The notes beneath the pieces are model-generated. The model saw nothing but the letters and a program-made list of their open reading frames with translations. It did not search any database and was not told the DNA's origin. Shown here piece after piece: positions 1-7,818 of a stretch of 32,000 bases of DNA. Each line of letters starts with the position of its first letter. The first letter of the stretch is position 1. Both the position numbers and the translations under genes were made by a program. Origin of the DNA: Propionibacteriaceae bacterium (lineage in GTDB: Bacteria; Actinomycetota; Actinomycetes; Propionibacteriales; Propionibacteriaceae); the NCBI GenBank assembly GCA_031256725.1, contig JAIRQE010000025.1:1-32000 (forward strand), written 5' to 3'.

Positions 1-890
1 TCCAGGATCCGCTGACACGGGCTCTAGTCTGGGGTTCCCTGTGGGACAGCGTACGCGATGGCGAACTTCCGGCACGTACCTACATCAACTTGGTGTTGGA
101 TGCTATCACTCACGAGACCTCATCAATGACACGGATGTCGATGCTAGCGAGGATGCGTACCTGCGTACTCATCTATGTCACGGAAGGGATGCGCGCACAA
201 ACCCACGATGATGTAGCGGCCAAGCTTGTGGCCCTTGCGATGGGGGCTGATCCGGGGTCGGATCAGCAACTACAGTACTTCCTGGCTTTCGCGGGTCTAG
301 CATGCAATCCGACCCAATGGGAGTTTGTCGAAGAGGTCTTGAATGGGGTCTTCGAGGTACCAGGGTTGGTCGTGGATACCGACGTACGTTGGCAGCTATT
401 GACCGATTTGGTGGCTGCTGGACGTCGTGGGGAGACCGAGATCGGGGCTGAACTAGCTCGCGATGACACCCTGTCGGGATTGGAGAACGCGGAGGGTGCT
501 CGGGCTGCGATCCCGACCTTTGAGGCCAAGAAGCGTGCCTGGGATCGCGGGGTACTCGACGAAACGGTCACGAATGCGACCCAGCGCAATATCTTGGCTT
601 CCTTCATGAAGGTAAAGGATCCTGTACTTTTACGCGAGTTCGCTGTCGAGTATTTCGCTCAGATTGAGAAGACCTGGACTACGCGTACCAACGAAATGGC
701 AAAGAACATCGTGCAGATGATGTACCCGCTGAGGTCTGTGAACGACCCCGAGATAGACGTACTAGCGATGACTGATGCATGGCTGGATGAACTCGGTTCC
801 CGATTGCCAGCCCTCAGACGCCTAGTCCTAGCCTGTCGTGAGGAGGTCATCTGCGCAAGAATGGCCCAGAAAGCAGATGCAACTGTGTGA
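1..890 (+). CDS. pepN: Aminopeptidase N (M1 family), C-terminal part; 5' end lies upstream of the window
   Basis: Frame 3 is open from nt 3 (QDPLTRALVWGSLWDSVRDGELPARTYINLVLDAITHE...) and runs into the tracked ORF 90..890. The helical C-terminal sequence pattern is typical of actinobacterial PepN. Family call is from recall, not a search. Confidence 0.75.
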   Translation, partial: QDPLTRALVWGSLWDSVRDGELPARTYINLVLDAITHETSSMTRMSMLARMRTCVLIYVTEGMRAQTHDDVAAKLVALAMGADPGSDQQLQYFLAFAGLACNPTQWEFVEEVLNGVFEVPGLVVDTDVRWQLLTDLVAAGRRGETEIGAELARDDTLSGLENAEGARAAIPTFEAKKRAWDRGVLDETVTNATQRNILASFMKVKDPVLLREFAVEYFAQIEKTWTTRTNEMAKNIVQMMYPLRSVNDPEIDVLAMTDAWLDELGSRLPALRRLVLACREEVICARMAQKADATV

Positions 891-901
891 CCCGAAAATA
901 A

Positions 902-931
902 CTCATATGACTAGAAAATGAGTCATATGAG
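902..931 (+). terminator. Hairpin 12 nt after the pepN stop (possible terminator or operator)
   Basis: CTCATATGACT (902-912) is the exact reverse complement of AGTCATATGAG (921-931), with an 8-nt loop. The stem is AT-rich and only a short T run follows (938-941), so terminator function is uncertain. Confidence 0.3.
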
Positions 932-940
932 GACTGTGCT

Positions 941-985
941 TTTCCTGTGATCCTGCGCGGAGTGTAGCGGAGTCGCAGGATTTAG
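941..985 (+). repeat. Family-C hairpin repeat, copy C1
   Basis: TTTCCTGTGATCCTGCG-N16-CGCAGGATTTAG. The 8-bp stem is 950-957/974-981. Same leader (TTTCYT..ATCCTG) and right arm (AGTCGCAGGAT) as copies at 4281, 17260 and 18031. Confidence 0.7.
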
Positions 986-1040
986 GCAGCGGCCTGCGTC
1001 AGTGATGTGTTCCCGTACTGGTCGCTCAATCACGTATCAA

Positions 1041-1060
1041 AGAGACGTCTCATATTATGA
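1041..1060. promoter_or_regulatory. Two abutting perfect palindromes upstream of the surface-protein gene (possible operator)
   Basis: GAGACGTCTC (1041-1050) and TCTCATA-T-TATGAGA (1046-1060). They share the CTCATAT half-site with the 902-931 hairpin arms. Confidence 0.25.
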
Positions 1061-1181
1061 GAAGAATATTGTAAGTTGATATGAAAAGGACTATTGTGGG
1101 TTACTAATACCTGACGTAGGTTCATCGACCGTGGGAAGGTGAGTCGGTACAGGCGATTCGAAGACGAGTGGGAGGTTCTCC

Positions 1182-4100
1182 ATGGGTACGAAGTTTTTCA
1201 AGCGAGGAGCAGCAGTTGGGGCTGCCTTGGCTTTGGCGTTAGCAGGTGTTGGACTTACAGGATTTCAGTCTGGGAGGGGGCCTTCCGCTGAAGCAGTTGA
1301 ACTAGAGAGTGTTCCTGTATCGGTGAAGGATGCACCGCCAACCGCTGCTGGTCCGAAAAAGGGCGACAACAAGTACATCGTGGGTACTATGGGCACCAAT
1401 GAGAACGGCGAAAGAGTCCATGTCACGGATATCGAGGGAATCAAGAAAGAGATCACACCAGGGGGAGGGAAGGGCGCTACCATGTCGGTAGTTCCAGAAC
1501 CTCCAGCTCGACCTGGTGGCGTGGACAATACGCCAGTCATTCTTGCTGGCGATGACATCGCATTTAGGATTGGCGTAGCTTATTACAATGGTGGCATCAA
1601 CTACGTGCCGAAGATGAAGTACATATCCACATACCAAGGTAATCGTGAGGATGTCTACTCAGGAGATGAACTCACTGCGGTCATACAAGATGAAAACCTG
1701 TCTTTTGGCCCTAACAACGAGTGGTGGCCCAGTGATTGTGCCCCAGATGAAGATGAAGAAGGCTATAGCGAAACATACTACGGTGGCTGGTGTAGAGGAC
1801 TTGGAGTATTTGAGTACACACTTGAGAGCGTCCTTCCACCCGCAGGTAAGTTCGGCGAACCAGCTACAACAGCCGGCGCTGATAAGTCTCGAACCGTATG
1901 GTTCAGCTTCCAAGGAAAGCATCTTGACTACGCGTACATGAGTGGCCCAGTCGAATCTCCCACTGGAGAGTCGGCCAGTACATCTGTACACGTCAGGGCG
2001 ATTGACCCGAAGATTGAGGTGGCTAAGGAAGTCTGCTCGACGGGTACGGGCTGCGCAGTCGACTCCGCTGACGCACCTGTGAAAGACGCTGATCAAGACA
2101 GCGCAGGCGAGTGGGTTGAATCAGCAGTGATCCCTTCGGATAGCACTACTGTCCAGTGGAGGATTACAGTTACGAACACAGGAAACGCTCCGTTGAAGGA
2201 TGTTCACACTGCTCAAGACAACTGGGGTTACACCGACTCAGCCGACAAGGGCAAATCCACAACCAACTCCTGCGAAGACCTAGATTTCGGCACTCTCGCT
2301 GTCGATGAGGTGAAATCTTTGGTCTGTGAGTCAGACATCACTGAGTCTCTTGAAGGAACTCTGAGGAACAGCATCAACGTCAACGGTACTCTTGAGGAAG
2401 ACTTTACCGACCCTGAAGGCAACGATCTCAGAGACCGTTTGCGTGGAAACCCTGAAAAGGGTGAGACCGGTGCTGCCGTGGGTGTCATTGGCTCTAACAC
2501 AGATATTGCTGAGGTCTCCATGCCGAAGCCGAACATCAAGTTGACCAAGTACGTCTGTGATAAGGGCGGTGTTGCTGGTTCCGCAGATTGTGCACTTCCG
2601 ACGGGGACAGAATTGTCCAAACTCGGTGGGGTTGGCAGCGAGAACGCCGATGGTACCTTCGCTGAAGTAGCTGGTCAGTCGCAAACAGCGACACCAGGAT
2701 GGAAGAAGGAAGGCACTGTTGCCTATGGTGAGGATGCTCAATGGTTGATCGTCGTCTCAAACACAGGCAACATTGACTTGAATGAGATTTCTATCGAGGA
2801 TACACCGAGTGATGTTGCCGGAACCTCGGGTGACTGGAAGGATATCCCAACCACAGTGACCCTTGTCCCTGGCGAGTCGACGGCTTTCACAGGAACAACA
2901 AAGAATGTCACCCGTACTGAGGTACCGGATCGAACCCTTGATGCTTCCCAGGCGGGATCCAATCATGGTGAGCCCGAATATGCCCTGAATAGTGCGATTG
3001 TGACCAACGAGGCCATTGCGACAGCAAAGGATACGTTTAAAAAACCAGTGACGTCCAATAAGTCCAGTGCAGAAATCAGTACGATCCTCTTCGCCATTGG
3101 TGACTTTATGTGGTACGACGATAACCGTAATGGGCAACAGGATGGCGAGACACCTCTTGTTGGACAGAAGGTCTACCTCATCCAGGATGGGGAAATCATT
3201 GACGAAACCGAAACCGATGCCAACGGTTACTATGTCTTCGATGAGTTGACCGCAGGCGACTATCAGATCTTGTTCACAAAGCCCGCTGGCTGGATGTGGA
3301 CGAGCCAGTATGCCGTCAACACAGAATCTGATTCCAATGCTAATCCTGCGACAGGTTTGTCCGAGATTGTGACATTGGGTCTCGGTCTGAGCAACATGAA
3401 GGATTCTACAGATACCTCGATTCGTGGAGATTACGTGGTCAAGGCTGCCTTGATCGATCCTACGATTGATGCGGGTATCTATCAGGCACAACCACGGATC
3501 AAGGTCAGCAAGTTTGTCTGTGACAACAAGGGTGACCCCAAGGTCGCCTGCGATGTCCCGAGCCTTGAGTCCGATCCTGAACTTCTATACTGGATGGCAG
3601 GTCGTGGAGAGATGCTTCCCGATGGAACCTATGAAGAGACTGCAAGTAGCTCTGCCGGAACCATCTGGAAGAAGGAAGCAACCATCGAACTAGGCTCAAC
3701 AGCCACATGGATGATCATCGTGACCAATACCGGGAACGTCCCGCTCGTTGACATTGAGCTCAAGGATGAAATCACGAAAGACGGCGTTGGTATCACCGAA
3801 TGGGTTTCTGGAGTTGATGAGAATATGTATAGGCCGCCCCTGGAACCAGGAGAATCAATAGTTTATACCTTGCAGTCCAAGAACGTCACGAATACAAATG
3901 CATATAAGGTGGGAATAGATCCTGGTTCTGTGCCTGACCATGGCGAACCGATGTACTACACCGGTAAGGATGTGGTCAACACGATTTCTGCTACAGGTCT
4001 AGCCTGGGACCCCGATATTGAGGACTACCTCATAGGACCCGACGGGGAGATCATGTTGGCAATATCTAATATCTCAAACTCAGAGGTTAACGTCCTGGCA

Positions 4101-4226
4101 CCACTCGTCATGGCTGGTGGTATCGCACTTTCATCCATGAAGAATGTCCAGGTCGCTGGCCTGGGGTTCCTGTTGCTCTACGGCCTCGTGGCCCTGGTGA
4201 TCTACAGAAGGAAAGTCACAGTCTAA
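1182..4226 (+). CDS. Large secreted or cell-surface protein with three DUF11-type repeats and an SdrD-B/Cna-B-like domain, plus a C-terminal membrane anchor
   Basis: 1014-aa ORF with a GGGAGG Shine-Dalgarno 6 nt upstream. Signal peptide MGTKFFKRGAAVGAALALALAGVGL. Three diverged repeats carry the signature W.I.V.NTGN..L (WRITVTNTGNAPL, WLIVVSNTGNIDL, WMIIVTNTGNVPL). SdrD-B motif GDFMWYDDNRNGQQDGE...TDANGYYVFDELTAGDYQILF. C-terminal hydrophobic helix plus YRRK tail, with no LPXTG or LAXTG. Confidence 0.85.
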   Translation: MGTKFFKRGAAVGAALALALAGVGLTGFQSGRGPSAEAVELESVPVSVKDAPPTAAGPKKGDNKYIVGTMGTNENGERVHVTDIEGIKKEITPGGGKGATMSVVPEPPARPGGVDNTPVILAGDDIAFRIGVAYYNGGINYVPKMKYISTYQGNREDVYSGDELTAVIQDENLSFGPNNEWWPSDCAPDEDEEGYSETYYGGWCRGLGVFEYTLESVLPPAGKFGEPATTAGADKSRTVWFSFQGKHLDYAYMSGPVESPTGESASTSVHVRAIDPKIEVAKEVCSTGTGCAVDSADAPVKDADQDSAGEWVESAVIPSDSTTVQWRITVTNTGNAPLKDVHTAQDNWGYTDSADKGKSTTNSCEDLDFGTLAVDEVKSLVCESDITESLEGTLRNSINVNGTLEEDFTDPEGNDLRDRLRGNPEKGETGAAVGVIGSNTDIAEVSMPKPNIKLTKYVCDKGGVAGSADCALPTGTELSKLGGVGSENADGTFAEVAGQSQTATPGWKKEGTVAYGEDAQWLIVVSNTGNIDLNEISIEDTPSDVAGTSGDWKDIPTTVTLVPGESTAFTGTTKNVTRTEVPDRTLDASQAGSNHGEPEYALNSAIVTNEAIATAKDTFKKPVTSNKSSAEISTILFAIGDFMWYDDNRNGQQDGETPLVGQKVYLIQDGEIIDETETDANGYYVFDELTAGDYQILFTKPAGWMWTSQYAVNTESDSNANPATGLSEIVTLGLGLSNMKDSTDTSIRGDYVVKAALIDPTIDAGIYQAQPRIKVSKFVCDNKGDPKVACDVPSLESDPELLYWMAGRGEMLPDGTYEETASSSAGTIWKKEATIELGSTATWMIIVTNTGNVPLVDIELKDEITKDGVGITEWVSGVDENMYRPPLEPGESIVYTLQSKNVTNTNAYKVGIDPGSVPDHGEPMYYTGKDVVNTISATGLAWDPDIEDYLIGPDGEIMLAISNISNSEVNVLAPLVMAGGIALSSMKNVQVAGLGFLLLYGLVALVIYRRKVTV

Positions 4227-4246
4227 ATATCCCCTAACCCCGATAG

Positions 4247-4275
4247 AACCCGCACCAGTCTGACTGGTGCGGGTT
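4247..4275 (+). terminator. Intrinsic-terminator-like hairpin after the surface-protein gene
   Basis: A perfect 13-bp GC-rich stem: AACCCGCACCAGT (4247-4259) / ACTGGTGCGGGTT (4263-4275), 3-nt loop, 21 nt after the stop. Only a weak T tail follows (CGTCGTTT). Confidence 0.7.
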
Positions 4276-4280
4276 CGTCG

Positions 4281-4315
4281 TTTCCTGCCATCCTGTGCGC
4301 TAGTCGCAGGATCTA
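4281..4315 (+). repeat. Family-C hairpin repeat, copy C2
   Basis: TTTCCTGCCATCCTGTGCGCTAGTCGCAGGATCTAG. The stem 4290-4297/4305-4312 includes one G-T pair. Same orientation and flanks as C1. Confidence 0.7.
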
Positions 4316-4318
4316 GAA

Positions 4319-4484
4319 TAGTGATTTTGTATTATGGGTGGTACACGGAGGGTGGGGTACATCTATCCCAAACACATTCACGACGTTGTTTCTGTGAGAA
4401 ACAACGTCTCCGTTCGGGGATACGATTTGGGATAGATGTACCCCACCCTCCGCATGTCGACTACTAGTCCTGACTGTGTGGAGA
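4319..4484 (+). repeat. Family-A structured repeat, copy A1 (MITE-like element or structured RNA)
   Basis: Perfect 27-bp inverted repeat 4346-4372/4426-4452. Nested 11-bp hairpin 4382-4392/4398-4408. Bracketed by direct ATCTAGAA octamers (4311-4318, 4485-4492). Homologous copy at 26042-26154. Confidence 0.75.
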
Positions 4485-4570
4485 ATCTAGAACGGGAGAG
4501 GGGTACATCCATCTCAGACGCGAGACTCATCCCTGAGGGGGAGAAAGAAACCATCCTTGGGGTGGATAAC

Positions 4571-4595
4571 GAATTCCTAGGGAATTTCCTATAGT
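4571..4595 (+). promoter_or_regulatory. Candidate leaderless promoter with an adjacent palindrome for the ABC operon
   Basis: TATAGT (4590-4595) lies exactly 6 nt before ATG 4602 and there is no Shine-Dalgarno. The near-palindrome GAATTCC-TAG-GGAATTT (4571-4587) sits immediately upstream, where an operator would overlap the promoter. Confidence 0.35.
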
Positions 4596-4601
4596 GGATC
4601 T

Positions 4602-5606
4602 ATGAGTGATGACAAGCCCATTGTGACTCCTGAACCGGATTTCGTGGAACGTGAAGAAAGTAACGTACCCGCTAAATCAGGTCTGTCAGAGAAAGCCACA
4701 CCCGGTATCCTTGCCCACGACCTCCACAGGGCTTTCGGAGAGGTACGCGCAGTAGACGGCGTCACCTTTGAAGCCCCTCAAGGCGCTGTGACAGCGCTCA
4801 TCGGGCCTAATGGGTCGGGAAAGACCACACTGCTGTTAATCCTGGCGGGTCTGCTCAAACCGGACTCGGGCCAAGCGCAGATCTTGGGCAAAGATGTGGT
4901 CACCCGCAACCTTGAAGCACGCAGTGTCATCGGCTGGATGCCAGATGCTTTCGGTACCTGGGACGCATTGACCTGTCTCGAAATCCTCACTACGTTCGGA
5001 ATGGCCTACGGCTTGAAGAAGTCCTCAGCCATGTTCCGTGCCGAGGCGCTCTTGGAGCAACTATTCTTGGGGGAGTTCACCCACAGCCCAGCTCGGGTAC
5101 TCTCCCGAGGGCAAAAGCAGCGCCTTGGTCTGGCCCGGGCACTCATCCATGACCCGCAGGTACTCCTGCTGGACGAGCCGGCCTCAGGTCTTGACCCACG
5201 TTCACGCATCGACCTTCGTGAGATCGTACGCGGCCTTGCAGAGCAGGGGAAAACCGTCCTGATCTCATCCCATGTACTCTCCGAACTGGAGGAGTTCACC
5301 GATCACGCTGTCTTCCTCTCCAAGGGCCGAACAGTTGAAGCCAACGCCAACGAATTTGAGGGTACGGCCCGAGGCTGGCGAGCTTCCGCACTTGATCCTG
5401 CTGCCCTTCGTACCTTCCTGACCAGCATCGACATTCCGTGGCGGGAAGCCCCAGGCGGTGAAGTTCTCATCTCCCTCGGCAGTACAGAATCCGCGGCCCA
5501 GTTGGTGACCGCTGCAGTACGTGCTGGTGTACCTCTGCACACACTCGCCCCCATGGCTGGACGTCTTGAGGAAACCTATCTACAACTCAATGAGGAGAGA
5601 CGATGA
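4602..5606 (+). CDS. ABC transporter ATP-binding protein (ABC-2 type) with a C-terminal extension
   Basis: Walker A GPNGSGKTT, signature LSRGQKQRL, Walker B LLLDEPASGLD, H-loop SSHVL. Its stop overlaps the next start (ATGA at 5603). Confidence 0.9.
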   Translation: MSDDKPIVTPEPDFVEREESNVPAKSGLSEKATPGILAHDLHRAFGEVRAVDGVTFEAPQGAVTALIGPNGSGKTTLLLILAGLLKPDSGQAQILGKDVVTRNLEARSVIGWMPDAFGTWDALTCLEILTTFGMAYGLKKSSAMFRAEALLEQLFLGEFTHSPARVLSRGQKQRLGLARALIHDPQVLLLDEPASGLDPRSRIDLREIVRGLAEQGKTVLISSHVLSELEEFTDHAVFLSKGRTVEANANEFEGTARGWRASALDPAALRTFLTSIDIPWREAPGGEVLISLGSTESAAQLVTAAVRAGVPLHTLAPMAGRLEETYLQLNEERR

Positions 5607-6880
5607 ACACCTGGTCACTCACATGGCATGGCCTCACAACGATGGTCAGCCTCGAAATCAAGCAGCGTCTGCGCTCCCGAAGGTGGATGTGGGGCCTGGT
5701 CGCATGGTTCATCCTGATTGGGATCATCACTGCTTTGACGATCTGGTCGATGTACCGGATCTTTGGTACGGAGTCTATCTGCTTGATAGATTCACAGGGT
5801 GTCACGGAATGTGACTTGATCGAAATCGCGGATCTCACCATCACCCCAGCAGGCCCGATGGCATTCTCCATCATTGTGATGTTCATCCTTGGGATGGGGC
5901 TTGTGGTTGCACCTGCGTTCACTGCCACCTCCATCAATGGGGATCGTGGGCTCGGCATCATGGCCACACTTCAAGCCACACGCTTGTCTGCGGTTGAGAT
6001 CGTGGGTGGAAAGCTGATAGCAGCATGGCTTACCGCGGCAACCTTCCTGGTTGTGGCTCTGCCTTTCATCGTCGTGTCCATGGTTTTGGGTAGCATCTCG
6101 GTACTTCAGGTGATTGTGTGTTTCATTGTGATCTTCTTGCTGATTGCTGTCGTATGCGCCATTGGGTTGGGATGGTCAAGTGTCTTTACCCGGGCAGCAG
6201 CCTCAACGGTCATGACCTATGTGTCCACTGTAATCCTGGCCATCATTTCTCCCATGATCATGGCAATGTGCACACCCTTCATTGAGGAAGCAACTACAGT
6301 CAGAGTCTGGGGGCTTTCCCAAGAGCAATGGGACCAGTTCTATGAGAAGACCAATGATTTCTGGGAAAAAAACCCCAATGCGGATGGGTCAAATGCTCCA
6401 CTACCCCCTGTTGATCAGTGCCAATGGAATACTGAGATATACACTGTGACTCGGATGGACCGAGTGTGGTGGATGTTGGTGCCCAACCCCTTCATCATCG
6501 TTGCCGATGCCTCTCCCCTCTCCGAAAAAGCCAGGCAGGGTAGTAACGAAGACCTCTTATCTAAGATTCGTCAAACGGTACGTGAACTGAGTCGTCCACC
6601 AGCACTCGAACGCGATAGCTGCGTTGATCTCTATGGGTGGAATCCAGCCCTCTGGGTTGAGTATCTACCCGACGGCACAACCCGGGTGGTGACCCATGAT
6701 GGAGTACCCGTCAATGTACCTCCATCACCTGTGGCACCGCGTCCACCAAGCGACGATTATCCTGTGTGGCCTTGGGGTCTGGGAATGAACCTCATCCTCG
6801 GAGGGATCTTCTTCGCAGTAGCGGTAACGCGACTCAAGATCCCCTACGCCAAACTGGCCAAGGGTACAAGGGTGGCCTAA
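5603..6880 (+). CDS. ABC-2 family permease with a large extracytoplasmic insert
   Basis: 425-aa polytopic protein, translationally coupled to the ATPase. Contains the ABC-2-like block INGDRGLGIMATLQATRLSAVEIVGGKL. A roughly 170-aa hydrophilic loop precedes the last transmembrane helix. Confidence 0.8.
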   Translation: MNTWSLTWHGLTTMVSLEIKQRLRSRRWMWGLVAWFILIGIITALTIWSMYRIFGTESICLIDSQGVTECDLIEIADLTITPAGPMAFSIIVMFILGMGLVVAPAFTATSINGDRGLGIMATLQATRLSAVEIVGGKLIAAWLTAATFLVVALPFIVVSMVLGSISVLQVIVCFIVIFLLIAVVCAIGLGWSSVFTRAAASTVMTYVSTVILAIISPMIMAMCTPFIEEATTVRVWGLSQEQWDQFYEKTNDFWEKNPNADGSNAPLPPVDQCQWNTEIYTVTRMDRVWWMLVPNPFIIVADASPLSEKARQGSNEDLLSKIRQTVRELSRPPALERDSCVDLYGWNPALWVEYLPDGTTRVVTHDGVPVNVPPSPVAPRPPSDDYPVWPWGLGMNLILGGIFFAVAVTRLKIPYAKLAKGTRVA

Positions 6881-6900
6881 ATGTCAGACAGGGGGGCGGT

Positions 6901-6997
6901 GTTCAGGGGTGTCAGGGGACGTATCTCTTGACCGTATCATCTCCCCTCATTCGAAGAATCCTTAGATCTGAAAATGTGTCAAGAGATACGTCCCCTG
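6901..6997 (+). repeat. Family-B repeat, copy B1
   Basis: The head motif GTTCAGGGGTGTCAGGGGACGTATCTCTTGAC starts 20 nt after the stop. Perfect 20-bp inverted repeat CAGGGGACGTATCTCTTGAC (6913-6932) / GTCAAGAGATACGTCCCCTG (6978-6997), with a 45-nt spacer. Confidence 0.75.
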
Positions 6998-7043
6998 GCG
7001 CCGTGATTTACAACTAATCACATAATCACAGAAAGGGGGTGTC

Positions 7044-7817
7044 ATGGTACACATGCTGACATCGGAGTTTCGGAAGGTCTTTCTTCCGGTCGTCATCACG
7101 GTGGGGATTCTCACTGTCGTTACGTGCCTTCTGACCTTGACTCTCTACAAGGGGTATTCCTTGGATTATGACCTGGAAGCCTGGGAGGTTGGGCGAGAGA
7201 TCCTCGACTTCCTCTTCCCTCTATTCGTCGTGGGACCAGTGTGCTGGACCCTCTACTATGAGCGCAAGGATCGCTTCCTGATGTACACCCTTCCACGGGT
7301 CTCTCAGTGGAGGTACCTCACTGCAAAGCTCGTGGTGGCGGCGGTCTGTGCATTCGTGATCCTGTTCATTCCCTATGTTCTGTCTGCTGTTGTGGCCTTG
7401 TACGTTAAGGCTCCGATTCTTCCCATGATCAGACCGGAAGGTACGACCCCATTTAGCCATATCTATCTAAATCTATTTATCGACAATCCTCTTGGGTATG
7501 CCCTGGCCTTGTCAGCCTGGAAGGGTGTGATCGGGGCTCTGGTTATGGGTCTCGGATTCCTATTGTCAATGTACGTGAAGAATATTTTCATCGTGTTGAC
7601 TGGGCCTTTTGTGTACTCAATCCTGGAAAACTTTATCTGGGCAATCCTGAGGATCCCGCAGTACAGGCTCATCACATCCTTTGAACCGACCGTCCTGAGC
7701 GAGGATGCCATCATATGGTGGTCGACTCTGGTGGGGCCTGGGGTGCTCATCCTTTTTACGGGGTTGCTGTGGTTCTACTTCGCCAAGATTCGCCGACTCA
7801 GGGTCTACGAGGTGTGA
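7044..7817 (+). CDS. ABC-2 type permease, lantibiotic-protection (LanE/MutE-like) family candidate
   Basis: 257 aa, about 6 hydrophobic helices. Shine-Dalgarno AAAGGGGG 4-11 nt upstream. Contains the block YERKDRFLMYTLPRVSQWRYLTAKL after the second helix. First gene of a tightly packed three-gene unit that ends with an ABC ATPase. Confidence 0.65.
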   Translation: MVHMLTSEFRKVFLPVVITVGILTVVTCLLTLTLYKGYSLDYDLEAWEVGREILDFLFPLFVVGPVCWTLYYERKDRFLMYTLPRVSQWRYLTAKLVVAAVCAFVILFIPYVLSAVVALYVKAPILPMIRPEGTTPFSHIYLNLFIDNPLGYALALSAWKGVIGALVMGLGFLLSMYVKNIFIVLTGPFVYSILENFIWAILRIPQYRLITSFEPTVLSEDAIIWWSTLVGPGVLILFTGLLWFYFAKIRRLRVYEV

Positions 7818-7818
7818 G

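Noticed and set aside
2757-3491. Long antisense ORFs inside well-supported genes (for example 2757..3491-, 21571..22182+, 21873..22550-, 26351..27001-, 16481..16942-, 14670..15074-).
   Set aside because: They lie entirely opposite or out of frame within genes that have clear family signatures. Their translations are low-complexity Arg/Ser/Pro-rich with no start context. They are typical shadow ORFs of moderately GC-rich DNA.
4080-4226. LAPLVMAGG near the C-terminus of the large surface protein as a variant sortase (LAXTG) signal.
   Set aside because: It lacks the Thr-Gly core and the spacing to the hydrophobic helix is atypical. It is treated as part of a plain membrane anchor.
4267-4467. 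ORFs running through the repeat elements (4267..4467, 25996..26220, 26019..26204, 6766..7017, 9989..10222, 21000..21235).
   Set aside because: The homologous repeat copies are read in different frames (A1 ..HSRRCFCEKQRLRSG.. versus A2 ..IHAVVSFTGNNSSIRD..). Conservation therefore follows the nucleotide palindrome, not a protein.
7705-7818. Upstream extensions of tracked ORFs (7705 for the double permease, 9123 for the ATPase, 24317 for rpsF, 25027 for rpsR, 15020 for xseB, 22985 for the Ig-repeat protein).
   Set aside because: The extensions overlap the preceding genes or lack ribosome-binding sites. Internal starts have good Shine-Dalgarno or coupling contexts and give canonical N-termini.
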